Assembly (NCBI RefSeq): GCF_009914755.1
Contig: NC_060945.1
Origin: the human T2T-CHM13v2.0 reference genome, Homo sapiens
Reading direction: 5' to 3' (one strand)
DNA length: 64,000 bases
Below are positions 40,145-54,179 of this stretch, in pieces; position 1 is the stretch's first letter, and every line of letters begins with the position of its first letter. Position numbers and translations under genes: made by a program. Under the pieces are notes generated by a model. That model saw nothing but the letters and a program-made list of their open reading frames with translations. It searched no databases and was not told the origin of the DNA.

Positions 40145-41250
40145 ATAATAGCTAATGTTTACAGAGCCCTTACTATATACCAGGCACTACTTTTAGTGCC
40201 CTGCAGTCCCAAGTCCCCATGACCCTTTGAGATGGTTACTCATATTAGTTCTTCTCTTTTACAAAAAAAGGACACTGAGGCACAGGGACAGAATGTAGTT
40301 TCCATGAAGAAAAGCTAATAGATGTGAGAAGAGATTTTGAAAGTGGAACTTGGCTTCTATTAGGAGCTCAGGAAAGACTGCTCAGAGGAAGGAAGCTTTA
40401 CACATTGCCTTAAAGGGAACTTGGGAGTGACTGCAAGGGGGACGAGAAGAACATTCCAGGCAGAGAGAAGGCTCTATTACAGAAAGCAGTTCCCAGTGAT
40501 AGAAAAGGTCTTAAAGCGTATTTGGCTGCTGTGAGCTGGAGAGACTGTAGCACCAGATGAGATGGGAAACGTGGGCAGATTCTAGGTCCCTAGGGATCCT
40601 TACAGGCCTCCCTGAGGATTTTAGAATTTCTTCTAAAACTGATGTAAAACCTTGGAGCCAGATGCATCTTTTCCACCTGTACTCATTTGCCATCATTCAT
40701 CCACCCAGTTACATGCTTCACAAGGAGGAGTTCCCCACCAGCCTGGGCCACAATACCAGCTTCTCCTTGCTTTTGCTTCTGGTGTTCCTCCCCACTCTAC
40801 TTCTCCAGAATTCTTCCTTCTCATTCGGCTTCAGGGCCACCGGTCCTCTTCTGTTCCCCAGTCATGCCCAACTCCTCATGACAGCACATTTCCCTAAACC
40901 GCTCTCAGTCCTTAAGCATCCTTTTTCTCACAGGTTACCTGGTTAAGGATTATTTATTCCTGAGTATCTCATTTCTCAGAGAGGCATTCCTTGGGTCCAC
41001 AGTGAAAAATAAGTCAACCCAGTTTATTCCTTCTTGGCATGCTGTACTTTTCCTCCTCACCACTTATCTTTAATGTTAACTATTTATTCGTTTGTTTAAT
41101 GTTTCTCTCTCTCCTTTAGATTTCAAGAACCAGGAGAGCAGGGTTTGTGCGTGCATACGATGCTGTGGCTCTGTGCACGTCCAGAGCCACTCCCGACTTC
41201 TGACACATAGTAGGAACTCAATTCGTATTGGCAGACTGATTAGATCTGAA
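40145..41250. mobile_element. Cluster of MIR and L2 fragments in both orientations
   Basis: actgaggcacag (MIR); agaacattccaggcagag (L2, minus); cacatagtaggaactcaat (L2, plus). Confidence 0.55.
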
Positions 41251-42015
41251 TGCTTAGAATGTCAAGAATTCCGTAAGCTATAACAAAGAAATCTCAGTTC
41301 AGGCAGGGAGGTATAACATGGTACGTCTCCTGTGTTTCACTAATGTAGTCAATGTTTGATGAAAGTTTGCTTTTACATAGTGTTTCATTAATCATTATTT
41401 TCAGCAATCTTATAAGCTCAAATTATTTCAGGGAATGATTAAATAAATGCACAGAAAACTTAAAGTTAGAGAGCTAGAAATTGCCTTTAAAAAGCTAAAA
41501 TTGAAGCTCACAACCGTTACGACGCTCTAATTTTTATTCAGCCTACCCTTCCTTATGGAATTTCAATTTAAGGCTCTTGACAACAAAACACATTAAACCC
41601 CTTCATATTTAAATCATGTAAATTAGCCAAATTTCTAATTATTACATCTGGTTTAATTTCTCTCCTCGTAATCTCATACAGCAAATGTCATCTGTTTTTT
41701 AAATTATTATATTTTATTTATCAAAGCAATACATGCATATCATTTTAAAAGTTAAATAGTACTAAATAAAAACATACTGAAGCAGTACCACTTCTCCCTC
41801 TTCCTCCAGCTCCTGCTCTCCAATTCTTTCAGCTATTTTGTCCACTATTTATGCATCTTATATTTCTGTTTCTCCGTCGTATACATAAATAGTGTTTGTC
41901 GACTTCATCAATTTGAGGTATTATCTACTGACTTCCATTATGTCAATAGATAATATTGACATGATTTTACTCTTTAACACCTTCATCTGATTAAATTGAT
42001 TTTCTCTTTCTCCTC

Positions 42016-42308
42016 TTTTTTTTTTTTGAGAGAGGGTCTCACTCTGTCACCCAGGCTACAGTGTAGTGGCACAATCATTGTTCACTGCAGCCTGGACCTC
42101 CGGGGCTGAAGTGATCCTCCCTCCTCGGCCCCCTGAGTAGCTGGGACTACAGGTACATAATGCTATGCCTGGCTAATTTTTATATTCTTATGGAGATGGG
42201 GTTTCACCATGTTGCCCAGGCTGGTCTTGAATGCCTGGGATCAAATGATCCTCCCACTTCAGCCTCCCAAAGTGCTCGGACTATAGGCATGAACTACCAC
42301 GCCCAGTC
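42016..42308 (-). mobile_element. AluJ with TSD TCTCCTCTTTTT, within degenerate L1M sequence
   Basis: gagagagggtctcactctgtcacccaggc...cactgcagcct diagnostic; TTTT/AA target site. Confidence 0.9.
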
Positions 42309-43543
42309 TCTCCTCTTTTTAAAATACTACAATTTTAGGTTCAATCACTGTTCAGGGTTTATAGTTTACTTTGCTGTCCTATCCCCATCTCCCCACTCTT
42401 GTTCTTGTCTCCTTCTTTTTCTCCTTCTTCTCCCTCTTCTACTCCTTCTCCTCCTTCTTTTTGCCTCCATGTCTCTCTGTCTTTATTTCTATCTCTATCT
42501 CTCTCCTTCTCTCAGAACATGCTTGAGTAACGTCCTGAGTAAAGGTGCTTAAAATAGCTCTCTTTAAAATTCAATTTATTCCGGTGTTGTATGTATTGCG
42601 TTAATTCCTCTCTTTGTCAACTTGTATAACTTTCTGGAATATTTTCTCAACTTTATTGTTCAATTCTTTTATGATTTTTTTCATTTATGCTCTTGTGTTT
42701 TTGATTTATTTTTCATCTGACTTTTTAATGTGTTATTTTTGTTTTATAGATGCAACATTATTTTTTAACTCTCTAAGGATATTATTGGGAGACTTTTCCT
42801 CCAAATAGTCTCTTGCTTTTAAGTTCCTTTTTTTTTCCATGTATTTTAGTCTCCAACTTTCAAGGTGAAAAACTTCCTTAAATGTCCTTTAACCCTTTGT
42901 TGTGTGCTCATGTTTAAGGAAAGGGAACTGGAATGTGGATTGTAAGATCTGAATGCAATAAGCAGGACTTAGGGGGTTCTAAGGTTTTCTAAAGAGGGAC
43001 CTGGAGTGACATTAGGAAAACTCCGATGTCAGTATATATGTGTTTGAGAGTATGTTTAAGAGTTTTTTCTTGGGCTGATTATATTCCCAAGAGAAGATTC
43101 TTCTGGTGCCCTCTGGGAGTCGAGTGAAAGAAAAGAGCTGGCAAACATCAACTCCATGAGACTATGGCCCCAGTTTCATGTGAAAGTTATAGGGAGAGGA
43201 TGTTATCCAGTAGCGTGAAGTCAATTGTGTCCTAAAGAGCTTTCCAGCAAGCCCTTTCATACTAGTTCTCTGTTTGCTGCAGGTCCTGATGTGATCCAGG
43301 CTTCTAGTTCTGAGCAATGAGTTTTCTACTCTGAAGATTAGCTTGATTCTTGCCTTTCGGCAGTACTACTTTAAGATATAGAATTCTTCAGTTGGCCAAG
43401 AAAGTTTCCACTTCTCTGATTATCTTCCCATTCCTTGTACTTTAATTGTCATTTTTGTGAGATTTCTGGGGGAAAAGTGTTCAATCCTCCACCTTTATCC
43501 AGAAGCACTTATTTTATAACTTTTAATATAAATTGTTATAGCA

Positions 43544-43971
43544 AGACAAGCATGATGGCTTACACCTATAGTCCCAACTACCTGGGAGGCTGAAGTGGGA
43601 GGATCACTAGCAGTTGGGAGATTGAGACCAGCCTGGCATCATAGTGAGACTTCTCTAAAAAAAATTTTTTTTTAATTAGCCATGCATGGTGGTGCCTGCC
43701 TGTAGTCCGAGCTACCTGGGAGACTGAGGTGAAAGAATCATTACAGGTCAGGCATTTGAGACAAGCCTAGGCAGAGACTCCATCTCTAAAAAAAATGTTT
43801 TTAATAACTTAGCCATGAGTAGTGGTGCATGCCTTTAGTCCCAGCCACTCAGGAGGCTGAGGCAGGAGGATTGCTTGAGTCCAGGAGTCTGAGGTTGCAG
43901 TGAGCTATGAGGGTGACAGAATGAGATCCTATCTCTTTAAAAATAAATAAATTAATTAAATTTTAAAATAA
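43544..43971 (+). mobile_element. Compound three-monomer Alu (FLAM_A-like x2 plus right-arm monomer)
   Basis: Monomers start near 43544, 43678 and 43811, separated by A/T linkers. Confidence 0.8.
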
Positions 43972-43980
43972 ATACATTGC

Positions 43981-44530
43981 TTTAGCAGATGCTCTCAATG
44001 CCCCATCCATATGTTCTCAGCAGTTTCCACTATATGTGAACATGGCCTCCTGAATACAGCTGGGACTTTCTGCCTAAGGACTCTTTTCTTTCTTTCTTCC
44101 CTGCCTCCCTCTTTCCCTCCTTCCTTCCCTCCCTCCCTCCTTCCCTCCCTCCCTCCTTCCCTCCCTCCCTTCCTCCTTCTTTCCTTCCTTCCTTCCTTCC
44201 TTCCCTCCTTCCCTCTTCCCCCCATCCTTCCTTCCTTTCTTTTTGACTATGGAAGTTTGCGTTTAGTGCTAGAGAGTCAATGTCACTGGAAGTAATACCC
44301 ATTGGGAAAACTCCAAGGTATGTTCTATACTTTTTCCGGTTTCCCAAAGGGATTCAGTTCCAGTTGCCTGAGTGATCACTTGCTTGTCGGTGCATCTTTA
44401 TTGGCTTCCTCTCCTTCCTTGTCCCATATCCTTACTCCTCTACTATTCTTTCCTGGAATTGTCTCTCAAATTAACTAACAACACTCAAATCCTTGTCTGC
44501 GTGTCTGCTTCTGAGGAGACCCTAGATATT
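43981..44530 (+). mobile_element. LTR16-type ERVL LTR containing a simple-repeat expansion
   Basis: tagcagatgc start; cactcaaatccttgtctgcgtgtctgcttctgaggagacc end. Confidence 0.65.
44083..44243. repeat. Polypyrimidine (CCTT/CCCT)n tract
   Basis: Read directly. Confidence 0.95.
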
Positions 44531-47164
44531 TCTCAACCTTTTTATACTTTTCACCTACACTGTTCTTTTTTTAGCTAGCTCATAATTGTTAGATAATTAC
44601 AATTTTTGAAGACTGGGTAATTAATCTTATTCTTAATGTCCTGGTCACAGCAACGTAGGTCACAAGAATTGCATTTGATAATCTCTTTCTTTAAGGCAAA
44701 CTGTTTCCTACTTTACGAATTTAATGTATCTCCTTCTTTAAGAAGTAAGGCATATTATAAGATATCACTTGATTAAAGTGGCCTGAGTTTTCCCATGGCC
44801 AGTAAATTTTAAAAGTATCTCCAAATCTGTGTACTAATTGCCTGTGAATAGGTGAGTAGGTGACCTCAGTCATTAAAAAATAAAAACAAAAAAACCCACT
44901 GAATCCCAAGTGTTTAAAAATGGAAATGCATTACTTCTGTGCAGCTCAGACATTTGGGGCAAATGAACTGATCTCCAAAAGCTTGCTACATAATGAGAAG
45001 AAAACAAGTAAGAGCCCGGTTAGGTGGATATTTATTCCAGGGCAAGGTAAACAAATTTCCTTCCACCACAGTAAAATTATTGAGCTGAAAATTCACACAG
45101 GAAACCAGACCAGTTTATCAACTGACTCTCTATCTTTTTAAATCCTAAAAAAGACAATCTTTTGTAAAATATTATTACAAAGTACCTGTATTCTGTAAAA
45201 TGACTTGACAATCTTAGAGTAATATTGATTTTTTTCTCATTGAATAGTTCTACAATAATCAATGAGAACAGTTTTTCCCCTCACAGCAGTAGACATTATC
45301 AATGTTTTAACTCTCTCTGTTTTTCTTCTGTAACAACCATAATAGGCAATTTAAAACATTGAAGCTGCCTTCTTTCCAGTGGCCAATTCATTGCATTATT
45401 TGTCTCTCTTTTTTATATTCTCAACATAAAACAACTTTTTTTTATTGTGTCCTCCACCCGACTGCCACAGACATTTGGAACCATATGCTCCTATCTGGTG
45501 CACACCATGGAAGAGTAAAGAATGTTAAAATGTGGCTTACAGTCTCCAGCAATGCCACAGAAAATCCTCCATGACATGCTGTCATACCCAAGACAGCAGT
45601 AAAGATGGAAATCTAGCCAGCTGTAGGCAAAGGAGTATCTGAGTACGTACTCTGGCCCCAACTTTGGTCTCTGAAAGTCACCTTGATAATGTCACTTACA
45701 TTTCTGCCTGTGGCTACAGAATCAGAGCAGCTCCTCTTTATAGCCTTATATAGTTATGCCAATATTAAGAATAAAATAATTGAAACAAGATATAGATCCA
45801 GATACATGTGACTTTACCCTTTTGCTCAGCCCCCTACCACAAATGATATAAAATCTGAGAGATAAGATCTGTGTTATATCATCACAAGCCTTAACCAGCA
45901 GCCAAGACAATTTTTGAAATAGATTACACTTTTGCTAGTTGATGTGAGAGGAAACTGAGTGACTAAGAGACTTCAATATTTTTGTTGTAAGTCACAAAGC
46001 AGATTTACTCTGCTCCCTTCACCAACTGTGCTATGCTGGTTCCCAACTTAGAGTTTTATTTATCAATCTGTGCATTTACCAAATGTTCCTTCCATTCTGA
46101 ACAAGATATGATGACTGTCCCTTCTGGGGAATTAAGATGATGTATGTGTTTTTTTAAATGAACCAAAAACTTAAGATCATTAATAGCTTATTTAAATCAC
46201 ATACATACATTATTTATAGATAAAGTAGGATTAAAAATATCAAGTAATTTAGCCTTTTTGTTTGTTCATGGTAGTACAATCTTGGTTTTCCATTTCTCTC
46301 TGTCACACTGTCACACTCCTGAAACCTTGTCCTACCTTATAATTTTAGGTATTCCTGCCTCATTCATATTTGATTTTCAAGCCATACTCAGTCTACACAT
46401 ATGGCTTTAGGGAGATGTAGCATGAAAATCTCCAAAAGAAAATTGCTGTTATTTACTTACTATTATCATCCATTTTCCTCCAACAAAAGAAAAGAGAGAA
46501 AAGGAGAGAATAAAAAAGAGAGAATCTCCAAATATTCAGTAAGACATACATATTATAGATAACAATGTGTTTAATTTAGGCTATATGAATATAAAAGAGA
46601 TGTTTCTTATTTAGTAGTAGCAATTTGTGGGCGAAGGAGTTGGCAATGATAAAAATGTCCAAAGTCACAAATACAGTATATAGTTAGTCATGGGTGGTGT
46701 TATTTGGCTCAAAAATAGACTTTTATTTTGCCTTTCTTTCTCTTAACCACATTTGGAATTAGAAGAGTGATGAGAACCAGCAGGAAGGTAGAACAAAAAG
46801 CCAATGACATTAGAGAAGTGTTCAAACAGTCAGCTAAATTCACTGCACTTCTCAACCACAGAAATATTTTCAGGTGATTCTGTTTTTGAGAAAACGTGGG
46901 AACCACAGGATCTACAACACTTCCAGGCAAAACTCAACAGCTCTAATAATAGTGACAGAAGTGAAAGCCAATTTGGATAAAATAAGACATTGACTCAAAG
47001 TCCTCTGAGAGATTTTTCAAAACAAAGTTTACAAAGCTCCTTTTGCCTTTTGGGAAATCACATTCTTCTTTGCACCTTGACTCTTTTTCTGAATTTCTTT
47101 CTGTCTGGGAGGATCTCCTTACAGTGTTTCTTCTCCATCTGACATCATGAAATGTGATACTCAA

Positions 47165-47296
47165 GCAGGAGAATCGCTTGAGTCCTGGAGGCAGAGATTG
47201 CAGTGAGCCAAGATCGCGCCACTGCACTTCAGCCTGGATGACAGAGCGATACTCTGTCTCAAAAAAAAAAAAAAAAAAGAAAAAAAAAGAAAAAGA
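47165..47296 (+). mobile_element. 5'-truncated Alu right arm with a long A tail
   Basis: gcaggagaatcgcttga...ctctgtctc(A)n. Confidence 0.9.
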
Positions 47297-47529
47297 AACA
47301 AGGATATAATGAGATGTCTTTGTTCTATGCCTTTGTATCCCTCCAGACAAATCTTTTTTGTTGAACTGTTGTGCCCCAAACTTTTCCTCTGTTAAATGAA
47401 AGAGCTGAGATCAATGTTGTTTAAGATCCTTCTGTTTGTAATTTTCTATCCATAGTCTCCAGGCCTCTTCTACCTTGCTGGTTTGGTTATTACCCTCATC
47501 AGCTCTTCAAAATCTGGTGTGATCAAATT

Positions 47530-47900
47530 TATGTTTTGATAAATTCACTATTGTTGCAGTATGGAAAACAGATTGGAGAGGAAGATGGGGTTGGGGTTAT
47601 AGAGATAAGAGACTAAGGCAGTAATTCTAGAATAAATTGATGGGGATATGATCACATGTAGGAATAGCAGTGAATAGAGTCAGAAGAGACATATGGTGTT
47701 AAGCTGTCTGGAAGCAGCTTTACTGGTTTGGATCTGGTGAGGAGAAAGGAGAAGTCGAAGATCATGGGCAGGCTCTGGGCTTAGGTCATCTGTGTGCGTC
47801 AGTGTCCTAGGCTGGAACACAGAAGGACAGTCAACATTAGGGAACTGATAACATTTGGTTTTGGACTTGAAATGTATTGGGGACACTGTCACCTGAATGT
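47530..47900 (-). mobile_element. L2 fragment
   Basis: ttttgataaattcact...tggttttggac. Confidence 0.5.
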
Positions 47901-48361
47901 TTCTGGACACTTGAGGGCTATGACTTTCACCCAGCACATACCTGAAGCCTATCTCACCACACACATGTCATGGCATCTGGAAAAAAATTCAAATCGGACA
48001 ATAATTTTGAAAAACATTGTAGATTTTTCTGGAAGTCTCCTTGGAAAGACAGAGGAAATAAGTTACATTGCATGTTATATATTAATATGTCTTTAAAATC
48101 ACCCTTGCATCTATCTCTTGCCCCAAGTTTCAGCTCTCTATAACAATATTTATTTCCTTTCCTTTTCTTAAAAAACAATCAAACAGAAACTTTTCTTCTC
48201 TAACCACCATCTTCTGAAATGTGAAAACTTTGCAGCTTTCATCCTCTTAGACATGAAGCTCGGAAGCCAGTCTTGGCCTTGGGTAGTTTCATTGCATAAT
48301 GCCACACTTACATCTCAATTTTATTATTAAGCACGTCATATTCTTGTTAATTATATATTAG

Positions 48362-48697
<336 letters not shown>

Positions 48698-50559
48698 TAG
48701 GTTATTTATATTAGGTAGGAAATACATGTTTATTGACTGAAAACAATTATATTTAGACATCAGCTAATTATTTTTCAAATCACAATTATTTTCACAAAAT
48801 TTCCCTGGACTTCGTAGGTTGAAGAAAACTCTCTTATAGATTCCCTAAATCAATTAATTTTATTTCTGGTCTCTGGCTTACACTTACCATATGCTTCATC
48901 ACGCTAAGTTAATTCCATACATATTATATCCTTATTCTGCTAATCAAAGTTTATTAGTCTTTGTATTCCCAATACCCACCCTATGGTTTGACTAGGTCAG
49001 GTGCCGAAAAAGTATTTTTTGTAAGTAAAGCTGTGAAGGTATCAATGAATGAATGTCTGTTCTCGTGTTTAGGTTTGTGTTTGCGAACTGTTGTTTCTCT
49101 CTATATTTTCTTGCTCTCTATAAAACACGTCTGTTTCTGATTGTTCATCTTATACTAACCCAGTTTGATTTTGCTTGACAGCAGGGACCTTTTTTTTCTT
49201 AGTTTGTATTCGTTTATTACATGTCCTGTTTTTACATTTTACTTTTTGCTAATGCCAATTGCTTAAAATATACTAATTGAATGAAGACTTGCAATCACAG
49301 TCCTGTGGGATATCCAGTCTGTTATCCTCACAATGACATCCTCAAGTTTAAAAAGTGGGCACTCATAAGAAATTGAACAAACTTTGTGATATCCTAGCAA
49401 CAAAGAAGGGGCAAAAACTACTGAAAAGTTTCCTGATGGTGTTTATCCCCATGTGATATTGCACCTTCTGAGAACATGTTTGAAATTTAGTACCTGTTCA
49501 CAGGGAATTTTTAAAACATTAACACTTAGTTGCACTAACCTGTGTTGTGTGTGTTGTTTTTTTTTGTTTGTTTTCAGTAGCAATGTACATCTAAAAGTTT
49601 TCTCAATTGGATTACGTGTCATAGAAAGTACATATGTCTTCTACAGCATCTGCAAGACATTTGAAATATTTTATGAATCTTTTAGCAGAGAATAACATCA
49701 CCTACTTGAAAGTGCAAAAAACTTTTGAAAAATTATGTGGAGATGGTTCAAGTGTACCAAAATAGGACCACTGCATAGAAAATGATAAATGTCCCTTTAA
49801 TTAGAATGACAGCAGGAATTTAGGAAGGCAGAATTTAATGTAATTAAAATTAGAAAATCATTGTTAACAAGAGTTATGTTACATTTCTTGACGAGAACAC
49901 AATGAGGAATTTTTAATTTCGGATGAATCAATAATTTTATTTTTATGTCTCTCTTGAGCCTGTTCTAATTAAAAGAGTATGGAAGATCAATTAGAGGAAA
50001 CATTCTAAACTTCCCTTGTCTCAATTACAAAATTTTGCTTGAGAAGTATGTTCACAACATTTAGTGAAAGTTAAAAAACTGATACTTTAAAAACAAATAT
50101 GAATGTAAGGAACCAAGAATATTATTCAAGTCCAGGAGTAAAGAATAGATATAGCTGTACAATTTATTTTTGTTCATTACTGCTTACCTACTTATTGACA
50201 TTTTTAAAATTAAAGTATATATTTAAATAGTTACTAAAATGAATATGCTAGTAATTCAGAAAATTTGGAAACACAGAAAAGAACAGAGGGAAATTACCCA
50301 AAACCCTGCCAGGTAAGAATAACCACTGTTGATATTTTCTTCTAGTCTTTCTCCAGGTCAGACATATTTCAAGACGATGGTCGCCCTGTTCAAAATATTT
50401 TGTAGCACACTTTTCTACTTAGAAATTTATCCAGAACACTTTTCATATCAAATATTATTCCACTGAGTGATTTAATGGCCACATGGCATCATCCCATATG
50501 GGTGTAACAGTGTATATTAATGTCCCACCAGTTCACATTTGTTTCTAGTTTATTATTGT

Positions 50560-50843
50560 TTTTATTATTAATATTCTTTTAAATTGATAACTCATAATTA
50601 TATATATTTATGGGGTACCATGTGATGTGTTGATTTATGCATATAATTTGAAATAATTAAACTGAGCAAATTAACATATCCATCACCTCATTTGCTTATC
50701 ATTTTTATGGTGAGACAATCAAAATGTACTTAGTTATTTTGAAATATACAATACATTATGATTGACTCCAGTCACCCTACTGTGCAATAGATCTCAAATG
50801 TATTCCTGCTGTCTATCTGAAACTTTGTACCCTTTGACCAACA
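50560..50843 (-). mobile_element. L1MA-type 3' end
   Basis: atatttatggggtac...attaacatatccatcacctca...tgaaactttgtaccctttgaccaaca. Confidence 0.85.
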
Positions 50844-51319
50844 ATGCTTATTGACATTTTTTATTAAGGAAGAAAAGTTTTATCATGATCACATTCTGAA
50901 CCTGCATGGTGAATTTAAATTGTAAATTATGCATTGCAATTGCACATCAGGTTTTTCAGCTTTGATTCTCTTAATTGAACATAAACTTAAGATTAAGGTG
51001 CTCAGTTTATTAAGCAGAAGAAACACCACATAAAACAGTTCTACACTGTGTCAAAAAGGAAAAAAAATGCTACAAATAAATTGTATTGTACCACATATTA
51101 AATGAGAAAAAAAATGCTTAAAGAGAAATTATTTTTAACATACTAATGAAAAGAGGGAAGTTTTTAATTTATTGTGGTAATTACAGCTTAGATATGGATT
51201 TAAATGTTAGTTATCACCACTCGTGTGTGGTGCCACTACTGTCTTGGGATGGAGAGCATGGTAGGGTAGGAGAGTTTTGGACTCGGAATTTATCACTACC
51301 ACTGTGCCAATAATAATAT

Positions 51320-51545
51320 TGAAAGTTAATTTTTATTGAATTTAATATGTACCAGTTACTTTATATGCATTATCTCTTTAAATCTTCACAGAAATCCTGT
51401 GAGGTACTATAATCGTTACTCACCTTTTTCAGATGACTAGTTGGAGTTACAGGAAAGTTAAGCAAACTGACAAAAATTAGTAGCCAATAAGAGCCAAAGC
51501 TAGGATTCAAATCAAGTCTTTTAATTCATAAGACTGTGCTCCTCA
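51320..51545 (-). mobile_element. MIR
   Basis: tttaaatcttcacagaaatcctgtgaggt...aagctaggattcaaatc. Confidence 0.75.
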
Positions 51546-51926
51546 GAATTTAATGTTCTAGTGTTTAGGTTTGTTTTTATGCACTATTATCAACAATCTG
51601 TGTATTTTTCTCTCTACATATAAAACTCTTCTCTTTTTATGATTGTCTGCCTTATGCTAATCCAGTTTTATTTTACTTGAGATCGAGAAAAATTTCCTTC
51701 CTTATTTTGTATGCTTTAATTACATTTCCTACTTCCACACTTGTCTAATGCTAAGTAGATATGCTAATAAGTGCTAATGAGTTGTTGGGGCCAGGATTCA
51801 AACCACGGAATCTAACTTGCTTGAGCCCGTGTTCTTCACAACAGGGCCACATGGCTTCAAGAAAGACAAGTTATCTCTCTGACTCAGTTTCCTCATCTAT
51901 AAAATGTGTAAAGGGAGTTAGATGCC

Positions 51927-52293
51927 TGATATGATTTGGCTCTGTGTCCCCACCCAAATCTCATCCTGTAGCTGCTATAATTCCTACATGTTGTGGGAGG
52001 GACCTGATGGGAGATGACTGAATCATGGAGGCAGGTATTTCCTGTGCTGTTCTGGTGATAGTGAATGGATCTCATGAGATCTGATGGTTTAAAAAAAGGG
52101 AGTTTCCCTGCACACACTCTCTCTTTGCCTGCCACCATCCATGTAAGACGTGACTTGCTCCTCCTTGCCTTCCACCATGATTGTGAGGCCTCCCCAGCCA
52201 CGCAGAACTGTGAGTCCAGTTATACCTCTTTCTTTTGTAAATTGCTCAGTCTTGGGTATGTCTTTATCAGCACTGTGATAATGAACTAATACA
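51927..52293 (+). mobile_element. THE1C/D solo LTR, TSD ATGCC/TTGCC
   Basis: tgatatgatttggctctgtgtccccacccaaatctcatc...aactaataca. Confidence 0.92.
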
Positions 52294-52434
52294 TTGCCTT
52301 TTAAGGACCTTTTCCTCTCAATAGTTTAATCATTGTATATGATTATTCTAGGCCAATGCAGGGCTAAGGAAAATAGAGCTCTTTATGGAACAGAACAATA
52401 AACATTGCTGTATTGCGATTTTCAATGGCTGGGG

Positions 52435-52845
52435 CTGGTCTTAGTTTCCATTCCTACAGGACCCAGTTAAGGATTGAAATATAAGTAGTGTGGGATCCCA
52501 GGACATATCAGTAGGAAAGCAGAGCAGTGAAGTTAAGTGGGCTGGTGATATGGTGTGCTATCAAGCAAGTCACCACTGTGGATAAAAGCAGCTTAATCTC
52601 TCAAGGGAATTCAGAAAAGCACAGAACACAGCTTGGAAGTTCCATTATGTGAGAGAGGCTGCCAGGATACTTACTAGTGAGGGCTACTCCCAGAGGCTAG
52701 TTAGGCACTTCCAGCCTGCTAAGTCTGTAAACAGAAAGGGCTCAAGAGACCAGAGGAAGCACCCAGGCAAAGAAATTCAGGTGCAAACCATTTAAAATCA
52801 CACCTGAAGGATTTAGGGGATCTGCCTGGAGACACTTTTCCACAG
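52435..52845 (-). mobile_element. LTR16-like remnant
   Basis: aaggattgaaatataagtagt...caagcaagtcaccactgtgg. Confidence 0.5.
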
Positions 52846-54179
52846 GATGTGCTGACAAACTTAACTTTTAGGTTAAGAGTTATTCTGAAACGTTTTTTTG
52901 TTTGCTATTGTACAGTTAACTTTATTTTCTGGAATAATACAGTCTTCTTCCTTGTCTTAGTAAATGCAGTGTAAAGAACATAATTGAATCTCTTTGATGA
53001 TTAAGTTTCCTGAAGTCCCTCAGTGCCCTATTATGACCAAAGTTTGGGTATTTTCATTTTACCTCAGAAAATGGTTTCACATACCATGACGCCTCAGAGA
53101 AATAGTTCATATGAGATCTCTGAAAATACAAGGAGAGAACTTGGAAGCCCAAATGATGGCTTTTATTTTTTTCTGCCTTGCCTCAGAGAAATGCACCTAC
53201 CATAAACGCAATTCTAATCCTTTTAGAGCAAAACAATTTCCAGCTCTACTTTTGTGACATCTTAGCGTACCCTTAGAAATATAATTCTCAAGAAAACACA
53301 CACATAAAGCAACAGCCAACAAATTTTGAATCAATCCTATTTCATTTTATTTTCAAAATGTACATAGAGCATGAAACACATTTTAGGAAGTAGTTCCTTT
53401 AATGAAATAACATCAGAATAATAGGTGCTCTAATCTACAATGCTTACTAATAACTGCTTTATTAAGCTAAGAGAGAATAAAAATCATGGACACTGAAGGA
53501 CCATGAAAAGAACATATGTACTGACCCAAAGTGGTTCTAATTTTTAGGACTGAAAAGGAGATTCACTGAGTGAAGAGAGGAAATAAATTATTACACAAAA
53601 AATTAAATTTTTTTATACAGCCTTTAAATTTGTTTTTCTAGATTCCCTGTTGCTCTTGTACCTTTCCACTTTTTAATAAATTTATTTTGTTATGTGAGAT
53701 TTCCTCTCTCTCTCTCTTTCTTTCTTCCGCCTCTTTTCTCCCAAACCCTTTCTCCATCTTAGCCAGTGTGGGGCAAGAAGATAGCTATTATTACAGAACT
53801 TCTCTCTCTTGCAGTCCTAAACATTCTCTATTGATTTCAGAAGAGGCATTCTGGGAAATTCACAGACATGGCTTTGAATTTCTTGTTTTGGTCCTTTCAG
53901 CAAATTTATAAAATGATATATAATGTATCTGTCATACTGTTTTTCAACATCCATTCAAATAAAAATTAATTTAATCTTAAAATTGAATATATAATTTTGT
54001 TTTGAAAGTGGTTAAAGAATGCTTAAATGTGTCTACAAAGAATAGCATGACATCTTTAATGCAAATATTTATAACTGAGAATTGTTTAAATGACTTTGTA
54101 GGTTCAACATCCTATGTTAACTGGAAGCAAACACATATTCCAGTTTATATTAATAGCATCTTTTTGGAAGAGACCGCTA

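Noticed and set aside
52189-52201. PRDM9 hotspot-like motif in the THE1 LTR
   Set aside because: It reads CCTCCCCAGCCAC, lacking the T of the CCNCCNTNNCCNC motif.
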